Origin: Bryobacteraceae bacterium
GTDB taxonomy: Bacteria > Acidobacteriota > Terriglobia > Bryobacterales > Bryobacteraceae
Reading direction: 5' to 3'
Assembly (NCBI GenBank): GCA_036521975.1
Contig: DATDGT010000371.1
Coordinates: forward strand, 702-64,701
DNA length: 64,000 nt
A model generated the notes under the pieces. It had not been told where the DNA came from. It saw only the letters and a program-made list of their open reading frames with translations, and ran no database searches. Position numbers and translations under genes: made by a program. Shown piece by piece: positions 1 through 9,488 of this stretch (its first letter is position 1; each line of letters begins with the position of its first letter).

Positions 1-1
1 A

Positions 2-547
2 TTAGGCACCAACGACCCCCAGGCGCCATCCACCATGGGGATCAATGCGCGCCCCGGAGCATCCCTTCGAGGATGGCGGGAGTTGTTTCCCCAGGCGTCG
101 ATTTACGGCGCTGACATCGACCGCTCCGTCCTTTTCCGGGAGGATCGGATTTCCACCTTCTACTGCGATCAATGCGATCCTGCGGCCATCCAGGAGCTTT
201 GGTCCCAACCTGAGCTGCGGGAGGGTATGGACTTCATTATCGAAGACGGTCTGCATACATTTGAAGCGAATGTCTCGTTCCTGGAGGGCTCTCTGCAGCG
301 GCTTCGTCCGGGTGGAGTCTATGTAGTTGAGGACGTCGCCGACGCGACGATAGCGAAATGGCGGGAGCGATTGCACGGGATGTACGCGAAGCTGCACGAC
401 TACGAGTTCGTGCTCGTGAAACTCCCGCACGCCTCGGAGCGCCACAACAATCTTTTGATCGTTCGCCGGGCACCTGAGAGTGGCCTATCGCAGAGCGTCG
501 GCCCCGCCGCAGCGCCCGTGATCGCCCCGTCAAGGAAGGCGCACTGA
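2..547 (+). CDS. class I SAM-dependent methyltransferase (5' end runs off the window)
   Basis: The frame is open from base 2 to the TGA at 545-547. IYGADID, DFIIEDGLH and LRPGGVYVVEDV resemble Rossmann-fold SAM-MTase motifs. Confidence 0.6.
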   Translation, partial: LGTNDPQAPSTMGINARPGASLRGWRELFPQASIYGADIDRSVLFREDRISTFYCDQCDPAAIQELWSQPELREGMDFIIEDGLHTFEANVSFLEGSLQRLRPGGVYVVEDVADATIAKWRERLHGMYAKLHDYEFVLVKLPHASERHNNLLIVRRAPESGLSQSVGPAAAPVIAPSRKAH

Positions 548-588
548 AGTGGATGCCGGTTTTGCGAGCCGTCAACGACGAGTTGAAG

Positions 589-1326
589 TTACCGCCGCTG
601 ACAAACTCCAAGAACCATCCCGGCGAAAAGGCGTGATCCAGGAAGACCTCTTAACATCGAATCAGCCCTCCGGAGGCAGCGATCAGCGGCCGGTAAAACG
701 CGGTTTAGTCGGTTAAGCGTTCGAAAATGGACCCGTCTGGCGCTCTTGAAATGTTGTTCAAGCAAGCCCAGGTCGCGCCCCGTCAACTTGCGTTCACCCG
801 GGTCCAGCGGGTCATACGATACGCCCGAACGATATCGCACCCATTCGAGTACAGGCAAATAACAAACAGGCTCACAATAGATGAAAAAACCCCCTGGTTT
901 CAGCCACCGCAAGACGGCAGGAATGACTTGGTGGATTCGGTCGGGTAGATGATGAAGGACAGCATAGGACAAAACGATGTCAACGGGTTCCGGTTCAAGC
1001 GCCGTCAGGTCTCCACAAACCGCCTTTACTCTATCTGACACTTGATCGATCTCCGCCCGACGCCTCGCGATCTCTACCAGCCCGGGTGTAACATCGACCG
1101 CGACGACACCAGACGCGCCGAGTAGTGCAAGCTGGGTTGTAATCTCGCCTGTTCCACAACCGAAATCCAACCATGTCTTACCACCAGGCGGAAACTTGCG
1201 GAAGATCCATTCTTTTTCGTACAGCCGCCAGTGCGCGTTCCTGCTATAGCGATCGATCTCGCTAGCCGGCGTCGGACAAACGGGCTGGCTAAGCTGAACG
1301 CCCGTGGCCGAGATTCGATCCGACAC
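589..1326 (-). CDS. class I SAM-dependent methyltransferase
   Basis: 245-aa ORF with a GTG start. It has LDFGCGTGEIT (motif I), VVAVDV and LKPGGFFIY. Confidence 0.75.
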   Translation of the reverse strand: MSDRISATGVQLSQPVCPTPASEIDRYSRNAHWRLYEKEWIFRKFPPGGKTWLDFGCGTGEITTQLALLGASGVVAVDVTPGLVEIARRRAEIDQVSDRVKAVCGDLTALEPEPVDIVLSYAVLHHLPDRIHQVIPAVLRWLKPGGFFIYCEPVCYLPVLEWVRYRSGVSYDPLDPGERKLTGRDLGLLEQHFKSARRVHFRTLNRLNRVLPAADRCLRRADSMLRGLPGSRLFAGMVLGVCQRR

Positions 1327-1330
1327 CTTC

Positions 1331-1690
1331 CTAGCTTAATACACACCAACCCATATTTCCGCTCGGGAGCCGACCCTCGCCCCACCATGTCTGACATCGC
1401 CGGTAGTTCGATGCGCTACACACGAGTTCATACCAGTAGCCCGTTTTCACGCCCAATCCCGTTACCGCAACCGAACGGCCCGGAACTCCTCCACGGCCGC
1501 CGGACCTATTGATGGAGAAGCTGTAGCCGCTGATACTGGCAACGGTCCGCGCGCAAACGGTGTATCCTCCGGTGCTGCTTGCCGGAGCGCCGTGATAATC
1601 TGGGGCTGAGTTGACTTCAGTCAGCTTAGTCTTGTCCGCCGCCGACGCCCAGCGGACGGCTTCGCCAGCGTTCAGGGGTCGGGGTGCCGC
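1331..1690 (-). pseudogene. start-less relic of an FN3-like C-terminal domain, paralogous to the C-terminus of the 914-aa protein at 2547-5291
   Basis: The minus frame ending at TAG 1331-1333 reads ...SGYSFSINRSGGRGGVPGRSVAVTGLGVKTGYWYELVCSASNYRR. Compare ...SGGNPDRSVAVTGLSPNTRYWYKLVCGASNYRR at 2547-2700. The DNA similarity is visible by eye. No ATG/GTG/TTG gives an ORF of 60 aa or more. Confidence 0.55.
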
Positions 1691-1699
1691 AACAAGGAA

Positions 1700-2440
1700 G
1701 TGCTGACCAATCTTCAGTGCCGGATTTTGAAAAGGATTTCGCCGGGCGAGCCCGGCTGTTGCAGCGGGGGATATTACAAAGGCCGGTCAAAACTTGCGGT
1801 TCTCCTAGGGGATGAGTTCCTGGCCAGGATTCACGGGAAGGTTGTGCTCGACTTTGGTTGCGGCGAAGGAACCGAGGCCGTGGAGATGGCCCTGCGGGGC
1901 GCCAGACGTGTGATAGGCGTCGATATCCGTCAAGATGCCCTCCGGGTGGCACGGCAAAAGGCCGCTGCCGCCGGCGTGGAGAACGCCTGCTGCTTTGCAA
2001 CTTCCGCCCAGGAAGCGGCGGACGTCATCGTGTCTCTAGACGCCTTTGAGCATTACCAAGACCCCCTCTCTATCTTGCGCACCATGAGCGGCGTCTTGAA
2101 GCCCGACGGTGAAGTGTTGGTCAGCTTTGGGCCCACCTGGCGCCACCCCTTGGGCGGGCATTTGTTCTCTGTATTCCCCTGGGCTCACTTACTGTTCAGT
2201 GAAGAGGCACTCCTACGTTGGCGCGCCACGTTCAAACAAGACGGGGCGACGCGGTTCCACGAAGTGGCTGGGGGGCTGAACCAGATGACAATCAGGAGAT
2301 TTGAGAAGATGATTGCGGACAGTCCTTTCCAGTTCGCCCACTTTCAGTTGACGCCCATTCGAAGACTCCGGGCTTTCCACAACCGTTGGACGCGCGAGTT
2401 CACCACCTCACTTATCGCTTGCCGTTTGGTGAGGAGGTGA
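1700..2440 (+). CDS. class I SAM-dependent methyltransferase
   Basis: 246-aa ORF with VLDFGCGEGTEAVEMA, VIGVDI and LKPDGEVLV. The start codon is uncertain (GTG at 1700). Confidence 0.75.
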   Translation: MLTNLQCRILKRISPGEPGCCSGGYYKGRSKLAVLLGDEFLARIHGKVVLDFGCGEGTEAVEMALRGARRVIGVDIRQDALRVARQKAAAAGVENACCFATSAQEAADVIVSLDAFEHYQDPLSILRTMSGVLKPDGEVLVSFGPTWRHPLGGHLFSVFPWAHLLFSEEALLRWRATFKQDGATRFHEVAGGLNQMTIRRFEKMIADSPFQFAHFQLTPIRRLRAFHNRWTREFTTSLIACRLVRR

Positions 2441-2546
2441 ACCCAAGCGCACATTAGAACCTCCAACCCACTCTGGTCAGCGTAATCGTGTCCCGGCTAG
2501 AATGTAGCGGGGTACGATGTTGAGACGCTCCGGCCCTCACTGGCCC

Positions 2547-5291
2547 TCACGGGCCTTCAGTGATAAACACATCCGAACGTCGGTAATTCGATGCTCCACA
2601 GACGAGTTTATACCAGTAGCGGGTATTCGGACTCAAGCCGGTGACGGCCACGGAGCGGTCCGGATTTCCTCCACTATCGCTCGAATTGTACACCGGAGAG
2701 TTGTAGCCGCTGTTATTGGCGACGCTCAGCGTGCAAGTACCCGTGTCCGGTGCGGTGTAGTAATACATAGCGGTGCTGCCAGTGACCGACAGCGACCGCA
2801 CGCGGAAGTCCAAATACGGGTTCGGCGACCCACTGACCGCGCCCTGCGTGCTCCAATTCACCACGGGGATATCCGCGCCGGGATCAGTCCCGAGGTATCC
2901 TGTCCCCTGATACGTCGAAGACACCGCAAGATTTGTCGGATAGCTCTGGAAGACGGAAGACATCGACATGGGGAATTGGCAGCCGTTGCATAGGTTTATG
3001 GGCGGATTCGGCACGCCGGGGGCAGTGGCGAATTGGTACTGCCCGCAGTTCCCCGAATCGCCGTTCGGGATACATGGAGATTGGTTCGTGATGATGATGT
3101 CGCCGGAAAAATTCGATGTGGGCGCCTGGTAATAGAGCGCGTAAGGGTTGAAGCCGTTGCCGAAATAGCCGTTTCCACAAGACGCTTCCCACACGCCATT
3201 TCCCGAGTTAGTGATGCTGTTTGTCCATGAGATGAAAGAGGGGATACCTGTTCCGCCGCAATACCACGTCCCGCTTCCCATAGATCCCTCATTGACTGAG
3301 TTATTCAACAGCATTGTGTTGTGATCGAATGCCGTGTCAGAGTAGATACCTAGGGCGAACATTTGAGAGGAAAATGTGATTCCCGTGAGACCTGGGCCGG
3401 TGATTTGCGGCAAGCCGATGTTTGTAAAGAGGTTGTTTTTAACCTGCAATCCTCGATCCGTCCAACTATAGTTGCTCCCCACGCTGCCCTCGATGAAGCC
3501 TGTGCTGGTTGAATCGCAGCGATTATTCGTGAACCTCGCATAACTCTCCACTTCGTCTGGCACGTAATACTGGCCCAGTGGGGGGTCATTATCCGCCTGA
3601 TTGAGGAGGGTGCATTGTCCGCCCTGGCCAAGCATCGTGGGCTGCCAGCTATTTTGCATCCAGTTCCCATCGACGATCGGGCCGAAACAGTTTTTGCACT
3701 CCCATTGAGTCTTGTCAATGGAACAGCCAACAGTACAGTAGAGAGTAATCGCACTGGCAGCCGCCGCGTAGGTATAGAAACTGTAGCTCATGGTCTCACT
3801 CGATAGCGCGGCGGCAGATGCGGTTAACGTGGTTCCGTTGACGACTTGCGCTACGGTGGCTCCTACCCCCGAAAATGGCGTTCCCGCTATGAACATTCCC
3901 ACCTGCACACCTGTGGTGTCGTTACACGTCAACGTTGTATTGTTCGCCGTCGACGTGCATACCAAATTCGTCGAGGCTGCCGCCCCGCAAGTCGTACAGT
4001 AGGGAACGTTGGGCGTGCCTGCGCCTTGATCTGTCCAGGTGCCGCTTTCGCAGAGGTACCAATGGCTGTTCGTAGAATCGATGTACGACTCACCCCCGTT
4101 CGAGTCGTACATGCAAGTCGAAGGGTAGAACGTGTTCGTGGGAAGCGCTGTTCCGCTTGTGACGCGCCACGACCACGGTCGATAGTAGTAATTGCCGAGA
4201 TATTGCGCTCCGGTGGCTTTGATTCCGATGATGCCGGGAGTCTGGCCACCGGTCAATGTACCGGATTGACTTGTCTCGAATTCATTGTTGCGAAGGTAGA
4301 TCGGCCCGCGCACAGTCGGGCTACTGTAGGCGTGACCCTCTAGAGAAGTGTGAAACGCCATCAATGTGGAGTTGGTTATCTCCAAATAACCGGAGTTGGC
4401 GGTAACCGCGTTGTAGATTCTGCTGTTGGCATAATGCTCCAAATAGTGATGAATATAATCCCGGTCGAAGACAATGTGATGAACCAGGTCAGATACCTGA
4501 TGCTCAATCGCGCCAGGAGAGCCTGCGGGTTGGTAATATAGCGCGACGATATAATATGGCTCGTTTCCGGGTGTCGTGTTCGAGGCGATCTCGACGCACT
4601 CGAAGCGATGGTAGCTGGCCCCAACGGAGTTCTCGACAATTGCGGGCGGCGAACTGTAAGTTTGAGAAATAAGCTTAGCCATCCCCGGATAGACACCAGT
4701 GCCGGTCGTCGTGTTTACCGGGCCCGCACGAGTGCCGGGAGGGAACTCGTAGCACTGGTTGGAGCGGTGGACTATCCAGTGCGCACTACCGAAGTAGAGC
4801 GTGACCATCTGGGTACAGGTTTGCGATCCGGTCGAGAGCGTGCATAGCGGGGAGGGGGGCGTTGGGGCGCTGGAAAGCGTCAGGGTGTAGGGGCCTGAGC
4901 CACTGACCGAACTGACGGTGACGCCTGAGCCGACGCCGGGGCCGCTCACCGGCATACCAGCCGTGATGGTAACGCCTGAGACGGGATCGTAGTAATGAGA
5001 GCACGAGAGATTCGCGCTCCCCTGGGTTTCCTTGCAGGCCAGGTAAATCTGGCCATTGTTAGGAGAGGGAAGCCCGATAGTCGTGGTAAAGCTCTGGCCG
5101 GCCTGCCATTCGAAGATGTAGGTGTCGTTCAGGACGGGCCACGTAGGAACAATGGATGGCAGCGCGGCTTCTGCCGTGCCGGGATCGGGGTAGTCGCAAC
5201 CGCTCGGGCAAACCGAATGGATAACCACTGCCTGCGATGGAACACTCCAGCATACTAAGGCGGCGAACAGGACGGAGATCTTGGTCATCAT
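2547..5291 (-). CDS. large secreted protein, probable right-handed beta-helix with a C-terminal FN3-like domain
   Basis: 914-aa ORF. The signal peptide is MMTKISVLFAALVCWSVPSQA. It has N/G/T-rich repeats (NNLFTNIG, NNSVNEGS, WTNSITNSGNG) and a C-terminal ...NTRYWYKLVCG. Confidence 0.6.
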   Translation of the reverse strand: MMTKISVLFAALVCWSVPSQAVVIHSVCPSGCDYPDPGTAEAALPSIVPTWPVLNDTYIFEWQAGQSFTTTIGLPSPNNGQIYLACKETQGSANLSCSHYYDPVSGVTITAGMPVSGPGVGSGVTVSSVSGSGPYTLTLSSAPTPPSPLCTLSTGSQTCTQMVTLYFGSAHWIVHRSNQCYEFPPGTRAGPVNTTTGTGVYPGMAKLISQTYSSPPAIVENSVGASYHRFECVEIASNTTPGNEPYYIVALYYQPAGSPGAIEHQVSDLVHHIVFDRDYIHHYLEHYANSRIYNAVTANSGYLEITNSTLMAFHTSLEGHAYSSPTVRGPIYLRNNEFETSQSGTLTGGQTPGIIGIKATGAQYLGNYYYRPWSWRVTSGTALPTNTFYPSTCMYDSNGGESYIDSTNSHWYLCESGTWTDQGAGTPNVPYCTTCGAAASTNLVCTSTANNTTLTCNDTTGVQVGMFIAGTPFSGVGATVAQVVNGTTLTASAAALSSETMSYSFYTYAAAASAITLYCTVGCSIDKTQWECKNCFGPIVDGNWMQNSWQPTMLGQGGQCTLLNQADNDPPLGQYYVPDEVESYARFTNNRCDSTSTGFIEGSVGSNYSWTDRGLQVKNNLFTNIGLPQITGPGLTGITFSSQMFALGIYSDTAFDHNTMLLNNSVNEGSMGSGTWYCGGTGIPSFISWTNSITNSGNGVWEASCGNGYFGNGFNPYALYYQAPTSNFSGDIIITNQSPCIPNGDSGNCGQYQFATAPGVPNPPINLCNGCQFPMSMSSVFQSYPTNLAVSSTYQGTGYLGTDPGADIPVVNWSTQGAVSGSPNPYLDFRVRSLSVTGSTAMYYYTAPDTGTCTLSVANNSGYNSPVYNSSDSGGNPDRSVAVTGLSPNTRYWYKLVCGASNYRRSDVFITEGP

Positions 5292-5298
5292 CGTTGCC

Positions 5299-7296
5299 TC
5301 AAAGATTCCTTACTATGGTCAGGTAGACGCCGAAAATCAAGTCCGCGGCATTAGTACTCGTCTTGGTGAGCAGAATGTCCAGTATGCTTCCAGCGGAACA
5401 GCCGGTCATGGTAAGATTCGACAGTTGCGTAATGAAGGGACCGTTCGACTGCGGCGTCGTGGTCAACGTCTGTGCCGTATTGTATGCGCCAGGGAAAGCC
5501 GGCATGTACCCATTTGACGGGCTATAGCACTGCGTCTGCACGCTGTATGTGGAGGCGCTGGATCCGCCAGCGCCGTTATATCCGTAAAGATAAAGGTTCA
5601 CCGTTCCACTGGCCCATCCGAACGGGACAATTAAGTGCGGCCGCCCTGTGGCCGTACCAGAGGCCCCGAAGACGATGATAGGGACAGCGCTTGCCGTCTC
5701 GATACTAAAGCAACCAGCCGCCGAGGTATAAGACGTACTCCACCAAAGCGTGTGCCCCGCACCGCCGTAATCGCAAGTTCCCACCGGCAGATCGATTGTT
5801 TCGGTCGTGGTCGTGGCGACCGCTCCACCGCCGCCCCCTCCACCGCTGCCTCCGCCATCCACCTGGCTCCAGGTGTTCGAGGCTGTGCACGCGTAGGTAT
5901 GGGAATTCGCGCTGTTGAAGTAATACTGCCCCACCGAGCATGTTGCCGGCGCGCTGGCGGACACTTTCAACGGCGAAGTGCTGTTTGCGGCGCTGAAATC
6001 GTTGGCTCCGGTCCAGGTATTCCCGGCACCCAGTTCCGGCACGACGCTGGGATCGATCCCCAGCGTCCAAATTCCTCCGGCTTCGTTGGCCAACAGTCCA
6101 GCGCCAGCAAGAATCCCAGTCGTGCTCATAAAAGCCCGCGCATCGGTAACGGCGTTCCAGTTTCCATTCCCAGCGGATGAAAGCGTGATTTGGGCAATAG
6201 GGACACTTCCCGCTCCGAATCCAGGCGTGGAAGATTGGATCGTGATGGGCGTCGGAGTTCCGCTGGGTGCTGTTCCGGACAGGAGAAGGCCAACAGAGGC
6301 GGGCATCATAAGGGTGAGGTTGCCCTGGTTGTCACCGTAAATGTAGCCGGTTCCCGTCGCGCCTGGGTTTGCGCCAAACGTGGCGCCACCAGCATACGTG
6401 CACCCCGTGCTGTTCCAATTGATAATGACTGTGTTCGCTGACGGTACGTTAACTATCGTCTGAAGGCCGTTCAATCCGCTACAACCGGTCCCCGTCGCCC
6501 CGCTCACATAGAACGTGTCCCCGAGATGCATTGTCCCTAGAGGGGGCAACGCGGAGGTCGTCAGCACCGCCTGACTCGCGCTCGAAACTGCCGTGACGGT
6601 GAACTGTGCCAGGGTGAAAGTCGTGGTGCCCGCGTAGGCGTAGGAGGCATATCCAACGCGGTAGATGCCAGGATTTACCGTCAGCGCCGTACCGCTGGTT
6701 TTAGTGGTAACGAAGTCGGTAAGCTGGTTGCTTTCAACGGGATCGCCGCCCCCCCCTCCGCCGCCTCCGCTCGCGCCGAGCATCGCGTTCACCTGAGCCG
6801 GCGTGCAGGCGATGGGAGTCGCCGCCGAGGCCGTGTTGTTGCAGATGATAGAGCCAGCCGCAAGATTTGCCATCTTGCTGAGGGTTACGGCGCCAGGTTG
6901 GATCGTTGCAGTCTGCGCGCCCGAGCCCGGTCCCGCCGCGACATCCCCGGTCAACTGCGTAATTCCTCCGCTGCCCGTTCCGGCCCCCGACTGAACCGCC
7001 CAAACATTGGCGGCTACGCAGCCGTACCAGTTGGCGCCGGCCGCGGCGCTGGTGTTAAAAAATGTTTCTCCAACTTCGCAGGTGGCCGGCAATGTCGCCC
7101 CTACCTTGAACGGCTTCGTCGAGGGAGCTTGCGAAAAATCGACATTCTTGCCTTGAGTCTGGAGATTGACCTGGGTTTGAGCCTGGCAGATGAGTCCCGC
7201 GACGGCGGCGGGCAACAATAAGCGGCTTGTTCGATTCAAGTGTCCTATCCTCCTTAGTTGTATCGGAGCTGGGTGAGAGCGCTCACCACGGCCCAT
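5299..7296 (-). CDS. secreted tail-fibre-like protein with two Cys-motif modules and poly-Gly linkers
   Basis: The ORF runs 5299-7404. The likely start is the ATG at 7296 (MGRGERS...), upstream of the signal-like LLLPAAVAGLICQAQT. PATCEVGETFFNT..WYGC..NVW recurs as PATCSVGQYYFNS..YAC..NTW. There are two G8-10 runs. Confidence 0.6.
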   Translation of the reverse strand: MGRGERSHPAPIQLRRIGHLNRTSRLLLPAAVAGLICQAQTQVNLQTQGKNVDFSQAPSTKPFKVGATLPATCEVGETFFNTSAAAGANWYGCVAANVWAVQSGAGTGSGGITQLTGDVAAGPGSGAQTATIQPGAVTLSKMANLAAGSIICNNTASAATPIACTPAQVNAMLGASGGGGGGGGDPVESNQLTDFVTTKTSGTALTVNPGIYRVGYASYAYAGTTTFTLAQFTVTAVSSASQAVLTTSALPPLGTMHLGDTFYVSGATGTGCSGLNGLQTIVNVPSANTVIINWNSTGCTYAGGATFGANPGATGTGYIYGDNQGNLTLMMPASVGLLLSGTAPSGTPTPITIQSSTPGFGAGSVPIAQITLSSAGNGNWNAVTDARAFMSTTGILAGAGLLANEAGGIWTLGIDPSVVPELGAGNTWTGANDFSAANSTSPLKVSASAPATCSVGQYYFNSANSHTYACTASNTWSQVDGGGSGGGGGGGAVATTTTETIDLPVGTCDYGGAGHTLWWSTSYTSAAGCFSIETASAVPIIVFGASGTATGRPHLIVPFGWASGTVNLYLYGYNGAGGSSASTYSVQTQCYSPSNGYMPAFPGAYNTAQTLTTTPQSNGPFITQLSNLTMTGCSAGSILDILLTKTSTNAADLIFGVYLTIVRNL

Positions 7297-7396
7297 GATG
7301 AAACCCTGGCGCTGGAATACCCAGCGGAATGAAACTTTAATGCGTGAAAAATCAAGACCTCCTGCCAAACAATCGATTGTGAACGAACGATCGGAG

Positions 7397-9430
7397 TTAG
7401 TCATGGATCAGGTTAAACCAGATCTCCCGCCGCAATCTACCCGTGAGCTTGAACCCAACTTGGCCGGTTTCCGTGACCATGGCAAAGTCGACAGCTTCCG
7501 CATCGCTTGTTGCCACCAACGCGGCGCCCAGAAAAACGGGTGTCTCCGCCTGCAGGGCGGCCAAGATCGCCGGAGCGGATTCTTTCTGGCCATAGGCGCG
7601 AGAACGCCAACTGTTTTCCCCACCTTCTTCCAAGCTGGCAGGATGGGTCAACACCAATTGCGCGCGGCTGCCGATGCGGAACGCCCGCTCCGACAACTGC
7701 TGGACGGCCCCGCCCGGATGCCAGAACTGCTCACACGTTGCGCGCCGAGGCCCGCGGATTTCGTCCAACACGAACAAGACATCCTCGCCGGACAGTGCAA
7801 AATACCGGCGATGCCGTACCTCCGCTCCATGGTAGCGGCAACAGGCCGCCAGCCGAGGCTCACGGGGGCTCGGTTGCCAGAGTTCAATCGCCACGGCCGG
7901 TTTCCCCGTCCAGGAGAAAGGACCGCTCTGGGGAGCCTGATCCAGGCCGTTCACACGGACCGTATTGTGGGCGGCGGAGCTGCGAAACCAACGGCGCCAG
8001 CGAGGCTCGCCGGTGTAGGTGAAGGTTCCGGGGTCAATCAGCAGGTCCTCATCGCCCAGCCGCGCGATCACCGAAAGCGCGTGAGAATGGCTGTGCCCAG
8101 CTCGCAGCGCGCCGAATCCGCCCGCCTGGATGAGCACCCAAAACTCTCCGCGCGACCAAACCACGGTTCCCGAATCGGAAAACAGGCGTGTTTCGTTGAC
8201 GCCTCGAACATGCCCCTCGAGAGACTCGCGCACAACGAACTCACCGCGCGCGATCACTTCGCCCGAGTCTCTCATTCGTTTGGCGCCGCGCCCGGCGGTC
8301 TGTAAGCTTTCCGCCTGCGTCGCCGGCCCCAGCCACCAGATCGCCTGCCGCTGCGCGTCCCCGGGATCCTTCGCCCACTCAGGCCGGCCCAGCAGTTGCC
8401 CGCACGTCGCAAGCGTCGCCCTCCCATAGTGCTCCGGCAAAACGCATGGAAAGAATAGCCGCCCGCCGTCGTCGTCGCCGATCAGCGGAAGACGGCACTG
8501 CGGACCAATTGTGGCGTCCAGATACTCCGCCATTAGCTCCAGTATCCGATGAAGCTCCTGCCCGCGCCGGTCCAGGATGTAATGCAATAGAAACAGATCG
8601 AGCGCGTAGACGTGATAGTAGACGGATTGCTCAAAATGCGCGCCATCCGCCTGCACCTGTCGCCTCAATTCGTTCCGGACCACCCGCCCGCCTAATTCGG
8701 CCCAGCGAGCCGAACGGGGAAGCACCGGCAAAAGCGTCCCCAGGCAATGCAACGCTACCGCTTCGCCCAACAAGTGAGTGTTGGGTGAAAAATAGACCGA
8801 AAGATTGATTTCCAGGTGCCTCCCATGCCAGTATAGTTCCTCCAGGAACCGGCGGCGCTGTAGCGCGGTCATGCGATCGCCCGTCAGGTGATAAATCCAA
8901 ATCCACGCGAGCGCCCGAATGCTGACTTCCAACGCGCTGGCCCAATTGATGCCGCGTTGGAACGGATTCTGATCTACCCAGCTTTCCCACTGTCGAAGCA
9001 ACTCCTCGAAAAAGTCCTTCCGTTCGCACACCACGAACGCCTGCGCAAGAAGCGTCAGGTGCTGATGGCGATTCAACTCCCACACAAATTTGTGATCGCC
9101 CACGCGGGAAGCATCCAGAAAAGGTACGCGCCGAAAGTAGGGAAGGCCGGTTTCCACTCCCGACACAGGATCCTTGCGCCACCTCGGCTCACGCTCCAAC
9201 TCCAAATTCAACCCGAGCAGCCGGTACCGGCCATGTAGAATCTCCTCGGCCCTCTGCTCGAGTTCAACGGCGAAAGGCGTTCCCCGGAGCGTCGCAGCGA
9301 TACATCGCGGCTCGGGCAGGCCAGCCAGCGGCGCTAGGGCGTCCGCGGTCAGACGCGGAGGCGCTAGCCATAGCTTCAGGTTGGCGGCTTCCTGCCGCAC
9401 GCGGTACGCGATTTCCGCGGGACTCCTCAC
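7397..9430 (-). CDS. heparinase II/III family protein (polysaccharide lyase-like)
   Basis: 677-aa ORF. DHKFVWELNRHQHL and GHSHSHALS..LLIDPGTFTY match the recalled heparinase II/III N- and C-domain signatures. Confidence 0.7.
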   Translation of the reverse strand: MRSPAEIAYRVRQEAANLKLWLAPPRLTADALAPLAGLPEPRCIAATLRGTPFAVELEQRAEEILHGRYRLLGLNLELEREPRWRKDPVSGVETGLPYFRRVPFLDASRVGDHKFVWELNRHQHLTLLAQAFVVCERKDFFEELLRQWESWVDQNPFQRGINWASALEVSIRALAWIWIYHLTGDRMTALQRRRFLEELYWHGRHLEINLSVYFSPNTHLLGEAVALHCLGTLLPVLPRSARWAELGGRVVRNELRRQVQADGAHFEQSVYYHVYALDLFLLHYILDRRGQELHRILELMAEYLDATIGPQCRLPLIGDDDGGRLFFPCVLPEHYGRATLATCGQLLGRPEWAKDPGDAQRQAIWWLGPATQAESLQTAGRGAKRMRDSGEVIARGEFVVRESLEGHVRGVNETRLFSDSGTVVWSRGEFWVLIQAGGFGALRAGHSHSHALSVIARLGDEDLLIDPGTFTYTGEPRWRRWFRSSAAHNTVRVNGLDQAPQSGPFSWTGKPAVAIELWQPSPREPRLAACCRYHGAEVRHRRYFALSGEDVLFVLDEIRGPRRATCEQFWHPGGAVQQLSERAFRIGSRAQLVLTHPASLEEGGENSWRSRAYGQKESAPAILAALQAETPVFLGAALVATSDAEAVDFAMVTETGQVGFKLTGRLRREIWFNLIHD

Positions 9431-9488
9431 CGGCTACGCATTCCAATTCTTGTGGCGCCCACGCGGCGCCGATTACCATGGTAGGACG

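Noticed and set aside
2547-9430. Prophage or tailocin interpretation of the tail-fibre-like and beta-helix genes
   Set aside because: No capsid, terminase, baseplate, sheath, tube, integrase or lysis genes are present in the surrounding 13 kb. The neighbours are polysaccharide-modifying enzymes.
9174-9488. N-terminal 105-codon extension of the dehydrogenase ORF
   Set aside because: The extension is Arg/Ser-rich, overlaps the heparinase-like gene on the other strand, and precedes the canonical Rossmann N-terminus that starts at ATG 9489.
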